Assembly (NCBI GenBank): GCA_951406725.2
Contig: OX597840.1
Span: 34,906,001 to 34,970,000, forward strand
Direction of reading: 5' to 3'
Source of the DNA: Octopus vulgaris
Lineage: Eukaryota
DNA: 64,000 bases
The position numbers were made by a program, and so were the translations under genes. Shown in pieces: positions 14,634 through 27,700 of the stretch. The notes under the pieces were generated by a model. The model had not been told where the DNA came from, did not search any database, and worked only from the letters and a program-made list of their open reading frames with translations. How positions within the stretch are numbered: position 1 is the first letter of the stretch; each line of letters starts with the position of its first letter.

Positions 14634-16069
14634 TCTCTCATCACCCGGCACAAAGCCACTGCCCTCAACAGAATGGTTTTGTCTTGCAAATTAGTTGGTG
14701 ACCTCACTAGTGCTGGTGCGTTGTAAAAAGCAACCAGTACACGCTTTAAGGTGGTTAGCAATAGGAAGGGCATCCAGCAATAGAAACCATACCAAAGTTG
14801 ACTGTGGAGTCTGGCACACCAGCTTCTAATGAACCACGCAACCTGTGTCAGCATTGAAGACGAATATTCTTTACTACCCTAGGCCCAAAATTTCAGTCCT
14901 GAAGAAGACTGATGACTCTCGAATGCTGCCTGTAACATGTTACTTCCAACCTGACTCATATTCCACACAGACCATACCTTACCGTACCATACCATACTAT
15001 GTCACACCAGACCAATCCAGACCTGACCACCCCTAGTGATAACAACCTTAGCTGCTGTTCGACTTAAGTTTGCTACCTGAAACAACTCGTTAACATATGC
15101 ACAAACACCACATTCATTACGACACACAGCAAAATGCTAATTAAATCTCATTCGAATCATATTTTACCATTCAAAAAAAAAAAAAAAACACACCATAGTG
15201 GATAATGTAGTTTGTAGGAGAAGGGGGACAAAAACAAAAAAAAAAGGACCCCAAAAAACACCCTTGATGGTCACAACTGAAATACTCGTTCAGAACCGAC
15301 CTAGGGTTAAACATCATCAACAACAAAAATAACAGAAACAAAACAAAAAAACAATATGTCACTCGCTTTTTGATAGCTTGGTGATTCTGGTGAGTGATAA
15401 AGAAGAGACACCCGGGTACAACAGGTGTTGTTGCTATGACGACAACAATAACAACCCTTCACATTTATAAGACAGAGGAAGAGGAAAAAACAAAAAAAAA
15501 AAAAAAAACAAAAACAAATGGCAGAAAACCCCACAAAAAACATGAACTGTGTCTCCAAGACAATATTTTACAAATGAACCCCCAAATATATTCCTCTTCT
15601 GCCTCGGCCCTTTAGTCTCTCCTCTTTACATTACAGCTTCTTTACAGCAAAATTTCTCAAAAAGGTGGAGGCAGGTGGGCCGCCACACACACACAACTTT
15701 GCTAGGTGGTGGGCAAGACTTGATCTGCTGTGATAGTAGGGGTTACAGTAAAGATGTGGAGATGAGGGTAGTCTAGGCTCCTCTTCAGTCAGAGGGGATT
15801 ATGAATTTTGGCACCTGGAAAATCCTTCTTTAAGGTTGTGTGTGTGTATATATATATACACATATATATATATTCATATATATATATATATACATATATA
15901 TACACATATATATATATATACACACATACATACACATATATATATACACACACACACATATCTATATATATATACACACGTCTAAAAATTGGTTTAGCAA
16001 AAAAAAAAAAAAAACCTGCTTGATACAGTAACAGCATTTGAAGAAAATTATTCTTGCAATAAAAATTAT

Positions 16070-16101
<32 letters not shown>

Positions 16102-17046
16102 ACAGAATGACAACCCTTTTGGAAGGAAAAAGGGTTTCACATTGTGTGTCAACACTTTTGCTATTAACTTTTTGAAACATCTGTTTAAAACACTTAATTG
16201 CAAAAATGCTTAAGATATGACAACTTGCTTTTAAAAATTTTGATATAAATAATAATTTTTATTTTAAGAAAATCTTAAAATATATAACCCATGCCAGCCT
16301 GGACAACGGACGCTAAATGATGATAACCATCATCATTTAATGTCCATTGTCGATGCTGGCAAGCCAGGGAGGCTGCACCAGACTCCAGTCTGATTTGGTA
16401 TGGCTTGTACGGCTGGATGCCCTTCCTAATGCAAACCATTTAACAGAGTATGCTGGGTGCTTTTTACATGGTGCCACACGAGCGCTTTTACGATTCACCA
16501 CACTATATATTTTCACATATATCTACATATATACATTTTGGGTTTTGGGTTGCTGCAGACACTCACAATACAGAAATACAGGAGAATTCTATGATCATAC
16601 TTTCACCACCTTCAATATTATACCCCAACTCATTGAAAGGGGTGGGGTTTTGTCTTGCAAATACCTGATAACCTCACCAGTTCCAATGTCACAAAAGATA
16701 ACAAAGAAAGGCTCGCAGTAAACTCTGCAAAGAAAGGGGCACCCAGCCGTAGAAACCATGCCAGGAGCGACACTGCAGCTTGGTGTATTCTTCTGGCTTG
16801 CTGGTTCCTGTCAAACCATCCAACCTGTGCCAATATGGAAAACAGACATTAAACAACCATCTCCATCATCATCATCATCATCATCATCAATACCATGTAC
16901 ACAAGATAAGACTTGAGAAGGACCTTGGTGGACAAAGATCAAAATCATTTGATCTGACCACACTGACCATCTTAACAGGACATCTCCAACATAATTTACA
17001 CAGAACAGTGGTCTGTTGATGTACAAGATAGCAACAGCTGCCAAAC

Positions 17047-17575
17047 TGTACCAGACCCCTATAGTATATATTTACTGACAGCATACATAGATCAGAACTG
17101 GGCCCTTACAGATTAGGTGGGGGTGTGGACCAACTAAAGTCCCTAATGCGAAGCCACTACACACATGGATCAAAACGGGGACCCCTACACCTGTGGGTCC
17201 CTGGGCAACAAACCCCTTCACCATCCAGATCCATTCTTAGCAACATTACAGAGCCCCTCACATATCAATGTACCAGACCCCTATAGTATATATTTACTGA
17301 CAGCATACATAGATCAGAACTGGGTCCTTACACTCATGAGGACCCGGGTAAACTAATATATATTGGGCCCTATAGTATTTACTTATTGACAGCAAGCCAC
17401 TACATACACAGATCAAAACGGGGACCCCTACACCTGTGAGTCCCTGGGCAACAACCCCCTTCACCATCCAGACCCATCTTAGCAACATTACAGAGCCCCT
17501 CACAAACCAATGTACCAGACCCCTATAGTATATATTTACTGACAGCATACATAGATCAGAACTGGGCCCTTACAC
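17047..17575. repeat. Local tandem repeat, ~230-bp period, ~2.3 copies
   Basis: tgtaccagacccctatagtatatatttactgacagcatacatagatcagaactggg recurs at ~17047, ~17268, ~17511. Confidence 0.85.
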
Positions 17576-17839
17576 TTTTGTTCTGCATCGTAGTTGGAAT
17601 ACATTTACGCACACACACACGCATGCATGCACGCGCACACACACACACACACACAAACACAAAGAGAGAGTGCTGAAATTGTAATGATTCCCAGTTAACC
17701 ACTGATAAACATATCAGACTTGTGCGCAATGGTCTGTGTCGTTTTTTCTCTCTTTTTTTCCTTCATTTTCTGACTGGAAATTTCTTGCTGGCCACCTGTG
17801 CTACCTTTTACAATATATGTGAATGCATGTGTGCAGGTA

Positions 17840-17878
17840 CATGTATGTATGTATGTATATATATATATATACATACAT

Positions 17879-17910
<32 letters not shown>

Positions 17911-18276
17911 ATACATACATACACATACATATATATATATATACATACATACACATACATATATATATATATATACATACACACACATATATATATATAT
18001 ACATATATACATACATACACATACATATATATATATATATACATACATACACATACATATATATATACATACATACATACACATACATATATATATATAT
18101 ACATACATACATACATACACATATATATATACATACATACATACACATACATATATATATATATACATACATACATACACATACATATATATATATATAC
18201 ATACATACATACACATACATATATATATATATATATACATACATACATACACATACATATATATATATATATATAC

Positions 18277-18319
<43 letters not shown>

Positions 18320-18572
18320 CATACACATATATATATATATATATATACATATACATACATACACATACATACATATATATATACATATACATACATACAC
18401 ATACACATACATATATATATACATATACATACATACACATACATATATATATATATATACATACATACATACACATATATATATATATACATACATACAC
18501 ACACATATATATATATATATATATACACATACATATATATATATATACACATACACATACATATACATACAT

Positions 18573-18604
<32 letters not shown>

Positions 18605-18640
18605 ACATACACATACATATATATATATATATACACACAC
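17840..18640. repeat. Compound (TA)n/(TACA)n microsatellite, ~800 bp
   Basis: Explains the 280-350 aa YI/CM ORFs in all six frames. Confidence 0.95.
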
Positions 18641-18708
18641 ATGCCACACAAACATATTTTAGATTCCAATTATGTGTACAAATCACACATATACATACAC
18701 CTGTATAC

Positions 18709-18751
<43 letters not shown>

Positions 18752-18787
18752 CATCATTTAGCGTCCGTTTTCCATGCTAGCATGGTC

Positions 18788-18824
<37 letters not shown>

Positions 18825-19510
18825 TAACAATGCATATATAATATATATAACTTATACATAAAGTATATGATATATATATATATACATATATATATAATAT
18901 AAAACATATATACACATATATAGATAATAGACATAGAGGTATCCCCCACATTATGTCTATTTAAAGCTGTGAGAATGGTGAAGTATGACAATGCATTCTG
19001 GGATACAGTCTGTAATTTCCCCTCTTATGGAAACCGGGATAAATTTCAAGAATTCACAATAAACACTTTCTTCTTAGCCAAATGGCCGCATCTCTGCGCT
19101 GTAGCTAAGATCAGAGTTAGGTTAACAACTGGAAAACAATCATCATGACCCATACATGCGTGTGTACGTGTGTCGTTATAAACACAAAGTGTGAGAAAGT
19201 GGAATTTTTTGGGCTGTGAATAATTGCGTGTCTTTATATTTTTTTCGGTTGCAGTGATTACAGGTATCTGTCCATTTTTCCCAATGTGTGCATGTGTGAG
19301 GTGTATGTATATATATATATATATCATCATTGTTGTTTAATGTCTGCCTTCCAATGCTGGCATGGGTTGGACAGTTTGACATGAGCTGGCCAAGCAGAAG
19401 ACTGCATCAGACTTCTGTCTGTTTCGGTAGTTTTTATGGCTGGATGCCCTTCACACACACACACACACATACATATACATATATACACACACAGAGGAAT
19501 ACATGAGTTG

Positions 19511-19801
19511 ATATATATGGAAAAAAAAAAAGTCAAGGTCGAAAAGGCTAAAATAATTTTATAAAAAACATTTCAGTACCGGTTTCAGTCATTGAGACTT
19601 TTCCAACTGTAAATATGGAATACAGTTAAATTTGGAAAAAATTAAAAGAAAAGTTTTTTTTAATGCAAATATTCTTTTAATTTTTCCAAAATCTAATCGT
19701 TTTCCATACTTACAGTTGAAAAAGCCTCAATGACTGAAACCGGTACTCAAATGTTTTTTTATAAAATTATTTTAGTATTTTCTACCTTGACTTTTTCTTC
19801 C

Positions 19802-19810
<9 letters not shown>
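19511..19810. repeat. ~300-bp imperfect palindrome (inverted Penelope-like repeat) within (TA)n
   Basis: Arms of ~140 bp: ...agtcaaggtcgaaaaggctaaaataattttataaaaaacatttcagtaccggtttcagtcattgag... / ...ctcaatgactgaaaccggtactcaaatgttttttttataaaattattttagtattttctaccttgact... Confidence 0.8.
19713..19748 (+). ncRNA. Hammerhead-like motif (U3:A8 core variant) in a foldback
   Basis: CAG-UUGAAAA-AGCC-ucaau-GACU-GAAA-CCGG-UA-CUC; mirror copy at 19574-19609 (-). Confidence 0.45.
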
Positions 19811-19832
<22 letters not shown>

Positions 19833-20261
19833 TACATATATATACATACATACATATACTCATACATATATATATATACATACATACATATATACATACA
19901 CACATATATACACACACACACATATATATATATAAATATATATACACGTACATATATATACACACACACATATATATATCTATATATATGGCTTTTAATC
20001 TTTTTTGAAAACCCAATCAATACAACCAACCCATCTACTCCTTAATGACCACAACAACAACAGCAGGAATGAGAGAAGCAAATCAGTCTAAAACAAAAGA
20101 GAATGACAAGAGACATGGCTACCTCCAGTGTATTCTAAGAGTGAAATGAAATGTCGTTCATCTTGGGGAAACGAAGACCAACTTGAACCTAAGCAACAAA
20201 CACTCACACAGTTAACAAGAATGTCGCTGCCGCCACCAATCCAAGTTTTCAATAACCAATT

Positions 20262-20741
20262 TTAACCTTTTGATACCAACCCGGCTGAAACCAGCTCTGG
20301 CTCTGTAGTACAAATGTCTTGTTTTCATAAGTTTTGAATTAAAATCTTCCACCAAACCTTAGTCACAATTTATGTTCCTAACACTAGCTTAATGATAACC
20401 AAATTATTTTACTAAATTCTTTGTTATATTTAAAGTAATTGAAAGAAACAGAGAGCATCTCAACAGAAATATGGTAACGAAAGGGTTAAAATATATAATA
20501 GAGAAACAATTCTTAACCCTTTTGATACCAACCTGGCTGAAACTGCCTCTGGCTCTGTAGTACAAATGTCTTGTTTTCATAAGTTCTGAATTAAAATCTT
20601 CCACCAAACCTTAGTCACAATTTATGTTCCTAACACTAGCTGAATGATAACTAAGTTATTTTACTAAATTCTTTGTTATATTTAAAGTAATTGAAAGAAA
20701 TATGGAGCATCTCAAAATAAATTCAGTAACGAAAGGGTTAA
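20262..20741 (+). mobile_element. piggyBac-type MITE, tandem dimer
   Basis: Same unit and same linker as 14157-14633. Confidence 0.8.
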
Positions 20742-20744
20742 TGT

Positions 20745-21500
20745 TTCTAAAAATTTCCTGGTGCCTCTGGGAGGGAACGCCACTGGTGATATGGAACTAA
20801 AGCTCCTGCTTGTGTAAAACTCTGAAAATCTAAGAACTTTCATGAGTTATGCAGAGTTTAATCTACCTCTGATTTAGCATTGAAATAAGAAGGCATGGAT
20901 GATTAAGAGAATGTTTTTGGAGAATGGTTTACAAACATTTTGAGAGTAAAATCTATTCCAAGAACACAACTTCTTTTCTTCAGCCAACGGATCAAGGTGT
21001 GATAACTAACTTCTAGGCATATTTCCTGAGAAGAACCTTCAAGCAATTGACAGGGACAACAAACATATATTTAGAGATCTTAGGAAGAAATCCAACAGAA
21101 TGGATGCTATAGATAATATAGCCGAGTTATGGAATGCAGTGGAACTCTTGATGAATGGTGCTTGGAAAAATATATGGCCAGACTGCAACTGTGACTTCGC
21201 ATGGTTCCACAAGGAAAGAATTTACATTAAATTTGGACAGATATTGAAATATATTTAGTTTTTTGAAGAAATCTTAGGAGCTGTGTCTGAGTTGCTAATG
21301 TCTTAAAGAGAACGTTTATCGAATGAAGAATCGGTACTGTTATAATAAGAGCAAGCTGAGAATACAGATGAGAATACAAAATTTCCACCGATTCTGCTTA
21401 AAATGACTGCAAAGAATATTACTAAAGGATTGGCACTTATAGAGAGGAAGGTCTGTAAATTCTTGCCAATGACAACCCTAATTGGGAACACAACATAAAA
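20745..21500 (+). pseudogene. Degenerate Tigger/pogo (DDE_1) transposase remnant
   Basis: Translates with stops/frameshifts to GGNATGDMELKLLLV*NSENLRTF..YA..LP...NKKAWM, QPTDQGVITNF*AYFLRRTFKQL, AIDNIAELWNAV..MNGAWKNIWPDC, which are Tigger1-like motifs. Confidence 0.85.
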
Positions 21501-22391
21501 ATCACAAGAGGAGTTTACAATGAGCTCCATTCCTACATTGGATTATACAAAAAGACAACACAACTTAAACATCAAAGAATTCTGGATAAATTCTTTGTCC
21601 CTCAAGGAGGTGAAGACTATCAACTGTAAGATGGGAAATAACCCTTATCTTGTCAGTAATTCTCATTCTACCTCCTACCTCACAGAGCAGTCCACATTTT
21701 GTGGCCAGGAAGTACCCTGTTATGATGCTTATTTCTTCCCTAATTTTTTGAGAAATTGGTAGCTTGAAGCGTAAAAGTGACCGTCTGGCTTCTCTGTTGT
21801 TGTTGCTGTTGTTGATTCCAAAATATGAAAAAAAAAACCCCAACCCCACCCCCTGTTGGAATGCCTTGAGGGCCAAATGAGTTTATGCCATGACAACATT
21901 CTGAGGGACATATTTACATACTGTGGGGGATTCCTGCATAGCATAATATATATATATGTGTGTGTGTATGCCTGAATACATATATGTACATGCATGCCAG
22001 ATGTGTGTATGCGTGCGTGCATATATATATATATATAAATACACACACAAACATGCATACATATGTATTAACCTATATATTGTGTGTGTGTGTGTAAATT
22101 GCATTATGTGCAAATATTTGTAACATACATGTCAAATATGTATGTATATATATGTGTATATATTTATAAATAAAACATATACAAATATATATTGCATGAC
22201 ACACACACACACAAAACATTCAAATACATACACACACATATATATAAAATATATACACACACGTGTGTGTGTGTATATATATGTGAAATGTATGTGCGTG
22301 TGTATATATATATATATATATATATGTATTTTTCTTTGTTTTCTTTTATTATCACCACCAGAGTATCACCATGTCATATCACAATGATCAC

Positions 22392-22423
<32 letters not shown>

Positions 22424-22429
22424 CAAGCA

Positions 22430-22627
22430 TCATTTGACACAGAGAATGCCTCTCACGTTGATTAGAAACTGTTCAAAGTTCTGTAAGAAGGCGATCTTGT
22501 TCTGTCGGTTGATGGTCAACTTGAGCGTTGCCGGAGTGAGCTGGTTGAATGCGGCCAGGAGCCGTTCTTTATATGCTGGCAGTTCTTGGCTGTACAGAAG
22601 TTCGCTGACCAGCATACGGTATTTTTC
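22430..22627 (-). CDS. XPO4: XPO4 terminal coding exon
   Basis: [32 protein letters not shown]...[19 protein letters not shown]; 198 nt. Confidence 0.95.
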   Translation of the reverse strand, partial: EKYRMLVSELLYSQELPAYKERLLAAFNQLTPATLKLTINRQNKIAFLQNFEQFLINVRGILCVK

Positions 22628-24727
22628 CTGTAAATCAGAAACGAAAGATTTAGACAGAAAAACGACAACTTCTTCAACAACATGTATAACTGACTCAAGT
22701 ATACACAATTACATACACACATGTAGCATAAGACATTACCATTCTATTGCAGATCACCAAAAGCGGTGATAATATACGTCTGGCAGCTGACTTGGCAGAC
22801 ACCCATAAAATTATCAACCATCGTACAAACAATAACTCTGAGCACCTTTTCAAACTCCACCCGTCTAACACCCGTGGACATATTTACAAAGTAAGAAAAC
22901 AGCACAGCTCCCATGACTTCAGGAAACATTTTTTCACGCTGAGAGTTGCTGAAACATGGAACAAACTGCCGGCATCAGTTGTTAGTTGTCGGAGCACTGC
23001 ATCCTTCAAAACTTCCATGCTTCCTGAGATTCGCCAACACTACACTTGATTTTCTCCCCTCCATACACACACAAGCATGTATCTGACTCATACACTGTTC
23101 ACTTCCCAGACATTTTCACATTACTGCATATACTTTCTATGCACTTTTTGACAAGTTGTGGTGCACTTGAGCACTGTATACAATAATTTCATTATATTAT
23201 ATTATATCATATATATATATAATAATAATATTAGGGAATAAATCGAAACTTACAGGGAAAAATGAGATTTAGGATTAAATCCAATTTTATAGTATAAATA
23301 TATTATATTATATTATATTAAATTAGAGATAAAACCACTATTAGACAAATCAAACAGTGAAAAACATAAGCCAATACAAAAAATTAATTAAAAAATATAA
23401 AAGTTAAAAATAAAAAAATATTTAAATAATTTAAACTTATATATATATACAAATATATAAATTTTATATATATATACAAATATATATATATATGTATATT
23501 TTTATATTATTTTATTAATTAATTAATTAAGTAATTAATTAATTTTTTTATTATTATTATTTTTTATATATCAAAAGTATTAAAAGTTTAATAAAAGATA
23601 AAGAGTATATCTATATATATATAAAAGTGAAGTTGTGTGAGTGTCTGTCTCCTACGATTTAGATTCCTAACTACTCCCACATTTTGCGGTGCAGTTTAAC
23701 CAAAACCGGGTATCTTATGAGTCAACGATTTAAAAAAAATTTACCATTTATTTTTTAAATTTTATTTTATTTTATTTTTTTTTTATATATCAAAAGTATT
23801 AAAAGTTTAATAAAAGATAAAGAGTCTATACATATATAAAAAGAAGAAAAACGGTACCTGATGGCAGCAAATAAGGCTGAACAATGTGGTACTGGCTGTT
23901 TCTAAGAGATCCATGTCAAAGCTCTCCAGTAATAAAAGTCGGAACACAACCTGGAATGAGAAAGAAATACATCATGGGCCGGATGCCATTTTTGAAAGTC
24001 TTTTAAGAAGTCAGAATTCTGTTTGTTGGTGCAGGCCTGGCTGTCTGGTTAAGAAGTTTGCTTCCCAACCACATGGTTCCAGGTTCACTCCCATTGCATG
24101 GCACGTTGGGCAAGTGTCTCTTACAGTATAGCCCTGGGCTGACCAATGCTTTGTGAATGAATCAAAGAGACACAGATTGAAAGAAAGCTTGTATTTATAT
24201 AGATGACAAGGGACCGGGAGATGTGGGGATTTGCTGTACTTGACACAACACATACAGGGTTCTCCTCTCAGGTTTCAGTGCCACTTGAAAAGCACTTGTG
24301 TCGGTACTGCATTAACGCACCCGTGACGGTGGCATGTAAAAAGCACCCAGCACACTATGTAAAGTGGTTGGCATGAGGAAGGGCATCCAGCTGTAGAAAC
24401 AATGTTACAACAGACAGCTCTCTCTTAGCCAGCCCCATGTCAAACCGTCCAACCCATGCCAGCATGAAAAGCAGCAGATGTAAAACGATGATGATGACGA
24501 TGGTGATTATATATACATATATATATGAAATGGGAAGATACATTGCGGAACTGTTATTTTAATAAGTAGTATCTATTTATCCCCTGATGAGATACATCTG
24601 CACTGCCAGACGCTCCTAAACCAGTTGTTGAGTGTCCCACTGATGAAGAATTGATGCTAGATGTGTTGAAACAATTGTTGTTATCAATAATAATAAAATT
24701 TCTCATATATTCCATCTTCCATTTACC

Positions 24728-24758
<31 letters not shown>

Positions 24759-27700
24759 CATACATATATCTGGTGGCAGCTGTCTGCTCCATGCAACGAA
24801 CAAGATGGGAAATATCCGTCAATTGTAAATAATGTACATAATTCCTCATCTCTTAAATATAGAACGACATTGTGTGCGTGATGTAAATTCCCTGACGGGG
24901 CTGATCTTAAAAGGGAGATAACTCTCCACAGGCAGTAACTCGAGCGAATTCTGTTACTACTAATAAAGAGAAATCCAATAAAAACCAGTTGCAGACGTTG
25001 TGTTGTGCTCCAGAATGACCACAGTTCAAAAATATAAAAATACCAGAATGTAGAATTGTTGTTCTGGCCTTCTTACCTTCAGGAACAGCTCCATGGCTAA
25101 ATACAGTGGTGATCCATTCAGATCATTGTTACACACGTGAGAAGCAAGAGCTGCGATTATTTCAAGGCACAATTTGGTAATATCTGGGCCATATCTACGG
25201 ATTCGAGTTAAGGACGAAGAAGAATTTAAAGACAGAACAACAAATAGCATTCTTTAAATACAAAACAGGAAAAAAAAACCAAAAAAAAAAAAAATGGTTG
25301 GCAAGACGATTTCTTTTTCACAATAACCCTAACCCTAGACGCAGGCCTGTGTGGTAATTAGCTTGCTAACGAACCACATGGCTCCGGGTTCAGTCCCACT
25401 GCATGGCACCTTGGGCAAGTGTCTTCTACTATAGCCTCAGGCCGACCAAAGCCTTGTGAGTAGATTTGGTAGACGGAAACTGAAAGAAGCCTGTCGTATA
25501 TATGTATACGTATATATATATATATATGTATGTCTGTGTTTCTTCCAATTAATTTTAAATATAACAAAGAATTTAGTAAAATAACTTAGTTATCATTAAG
25601 CTAGTGTTAGGAACATAAATTGTGTCTAAGGTTTGGTGGAAGATTTTAATTCAAAACTTATGAAAATAAGACATTTGTACTACAGAGCCAGAGGCTGTTT
25701 CAAGGTGGGTTGGTAACGAAAGGGTTAAATGACTGAAACAAGTAAAAGAGTAAAAAAGAGAGAGTAACCACACACAAACATCCACAACCACCAGGCATCA
25801 TTGGCATAACCAGAACACACCTACTTTAATTACTCTTTTACTTGTTTCAGTCATGTGACTGTGGCCATGCAGGAGCACCGCCTTTAGTCGAGCAAATTGA
25901 CCCCCAGGAGTTATTCTTTGTAAGCCTAGTATTTATTCTATCGGTCTCTTTTGCCGAACTGCTACATTACGGTGACGTAAACACACCAGCATCGGTTGTC
26001 AAGCAATGTTGGGTGGACAAACACAGACACACAAACATATACACATGCATACATACATATATACAATGGGCTTCTTTCAGTTTCCGTCTACCAAATCCAC
26101 TCACAAGGCATTGGTCGGCCCGGGGCTATAGTAGAAGACACTTGCCCAAGGTGCCACGCAGTGGGACTGAACCCGGAACCATGTGGTTGGTTAGCAAGCT
26201 ACTTACCACACAGCCACTCCTACGCCTAATTGATGGCATATAAGACACACCTCTCAAAAAAGAAGAAGACAATGGTCTGAATCTACACCTGCTGCCAAAA
26301 TTTGCCATGCGTTGCCATGTTAAAAGCACTGGTGCTGGTGCCACATAAAAAAGCACCCAGTACCCTCTGTAAAGTGGTTGGCACGAGGAAGGGCATCCAG
26401 CCGTAGAACTCATGTCAAAGCAGACACTGGAGCCTGGTGCAGTGATTGGTTTTACTAGCACCGGTCAAACCGTCCAACCCATGTCAGCTTGGGAAACAGA
26501 CATCAAAGGATGATGATGATGGCAACTGATATGTCTGTGCGTCTTTTATGCCATCAAATAATCAGACAACCACAACCATCTGACACACACTGCAACCTGC
26601 TAGACAAAGCTGCACAGCCTTCATCACCATATATACACACACATTGTTGCTACACTGACATGAACACATGCACACACACACCAAACATAAACACACTACA
26701 ACCATGACCACCACCACATCAAACTTTACATACACAGACAGTACCCCTTGCCCCACCTCCCAACTGAGACACAAGTTACACTATCCGCAGCCTCAAACAT
26801 ACATACATGCGCTACTACCACATGTTGACACATACACCAGACACACACTATGATCTCTCACTGCTACATGTTGACAATAATCATTCATAGATTTCTATAG
26901 GCACACACACACACAAACTGTTGTGTGTGTGTTGTGTTGTGTAAAGGATACGCATTAAGTCCCATCTGTACGGAATCCATGAATGCTTTAAACAATTCTG
27001 CTGGAAGAAGACAAAATTTCTCTGGATGACATTCTGCCAGGAACGTTATTAACTTGAAGTACTGGCTGCAGAGATTGGGGAACTGGAAGAGAGAAAAAAG
27101 GGCAGAGGTCAACAGTGGTAGACAGAGAGAAAGAGAGAGAGTATAAAGTGAGAAGAGTTGGGTAAGAGGCATGGGGAATCGAGTGGTAGGGGTGGGGGAG
27201 TAAGGCGACGAGCAGAGTTGTGTTGGGGGGGGGGGGGCAAACAGTCAGGGAGATGCGAGGAGAGTCAGGTTGGGAAGCAAGGAGGGCAGTGAGGAGAGTC
27301 GGGTGGGAAGCGAGGAGAGTCGGGTGGGAAGTGAGGAGAGTCGGGTGGGAAGTGAAGAGAGTCTGGTGGGAAGTGAGGAGAGTCGGGTGGGAAGCGAGGA
27401 GAGTCGGGTGGGAAGTGAGGAGAGTCGGGTGGGAAGTGAAGAGAGTCGGGTGGGAAGCGAGGAGAGTCGGGTGGGAAGCGAGGAGAGTCGGGTGGGAAGC
27501 GAGGAGAGTCGGGTGGGAAGTGAAGAGAGTCGGGTGGGAAGTGAAGAGAGTCTGGTGGGAAGTGAGGAGAGTCGGGTGGGAAGTGGAGAGTCGGGTGGGA
27601 AGCGAGGAGAGTTGGGTGGGAAGTGAGGAGAGTCGGGTGGGAAGTGAAGAGAGTCGGGTGGGAAGCGAGGAGAGTCGGGTGGGAAGTGAGGAGAGTCGGG

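Noticed and set aside
14895-14930. CTGAAGA-AGA..TCT-CGAAT hammerhead look-alike
   Set aside because: GAAA is broken and flanking helices are absent.
17695-18841. 280-350 aa ORFs in all six frames (and similar YI/HT/CM ORFs at 1.6-4.3, 8.1-8.7, 11.4-11.7, 34.3-34.9 kb)
   Set aside because: Translations of stop-free dinucleotide/tetranucleotide microsatellites.
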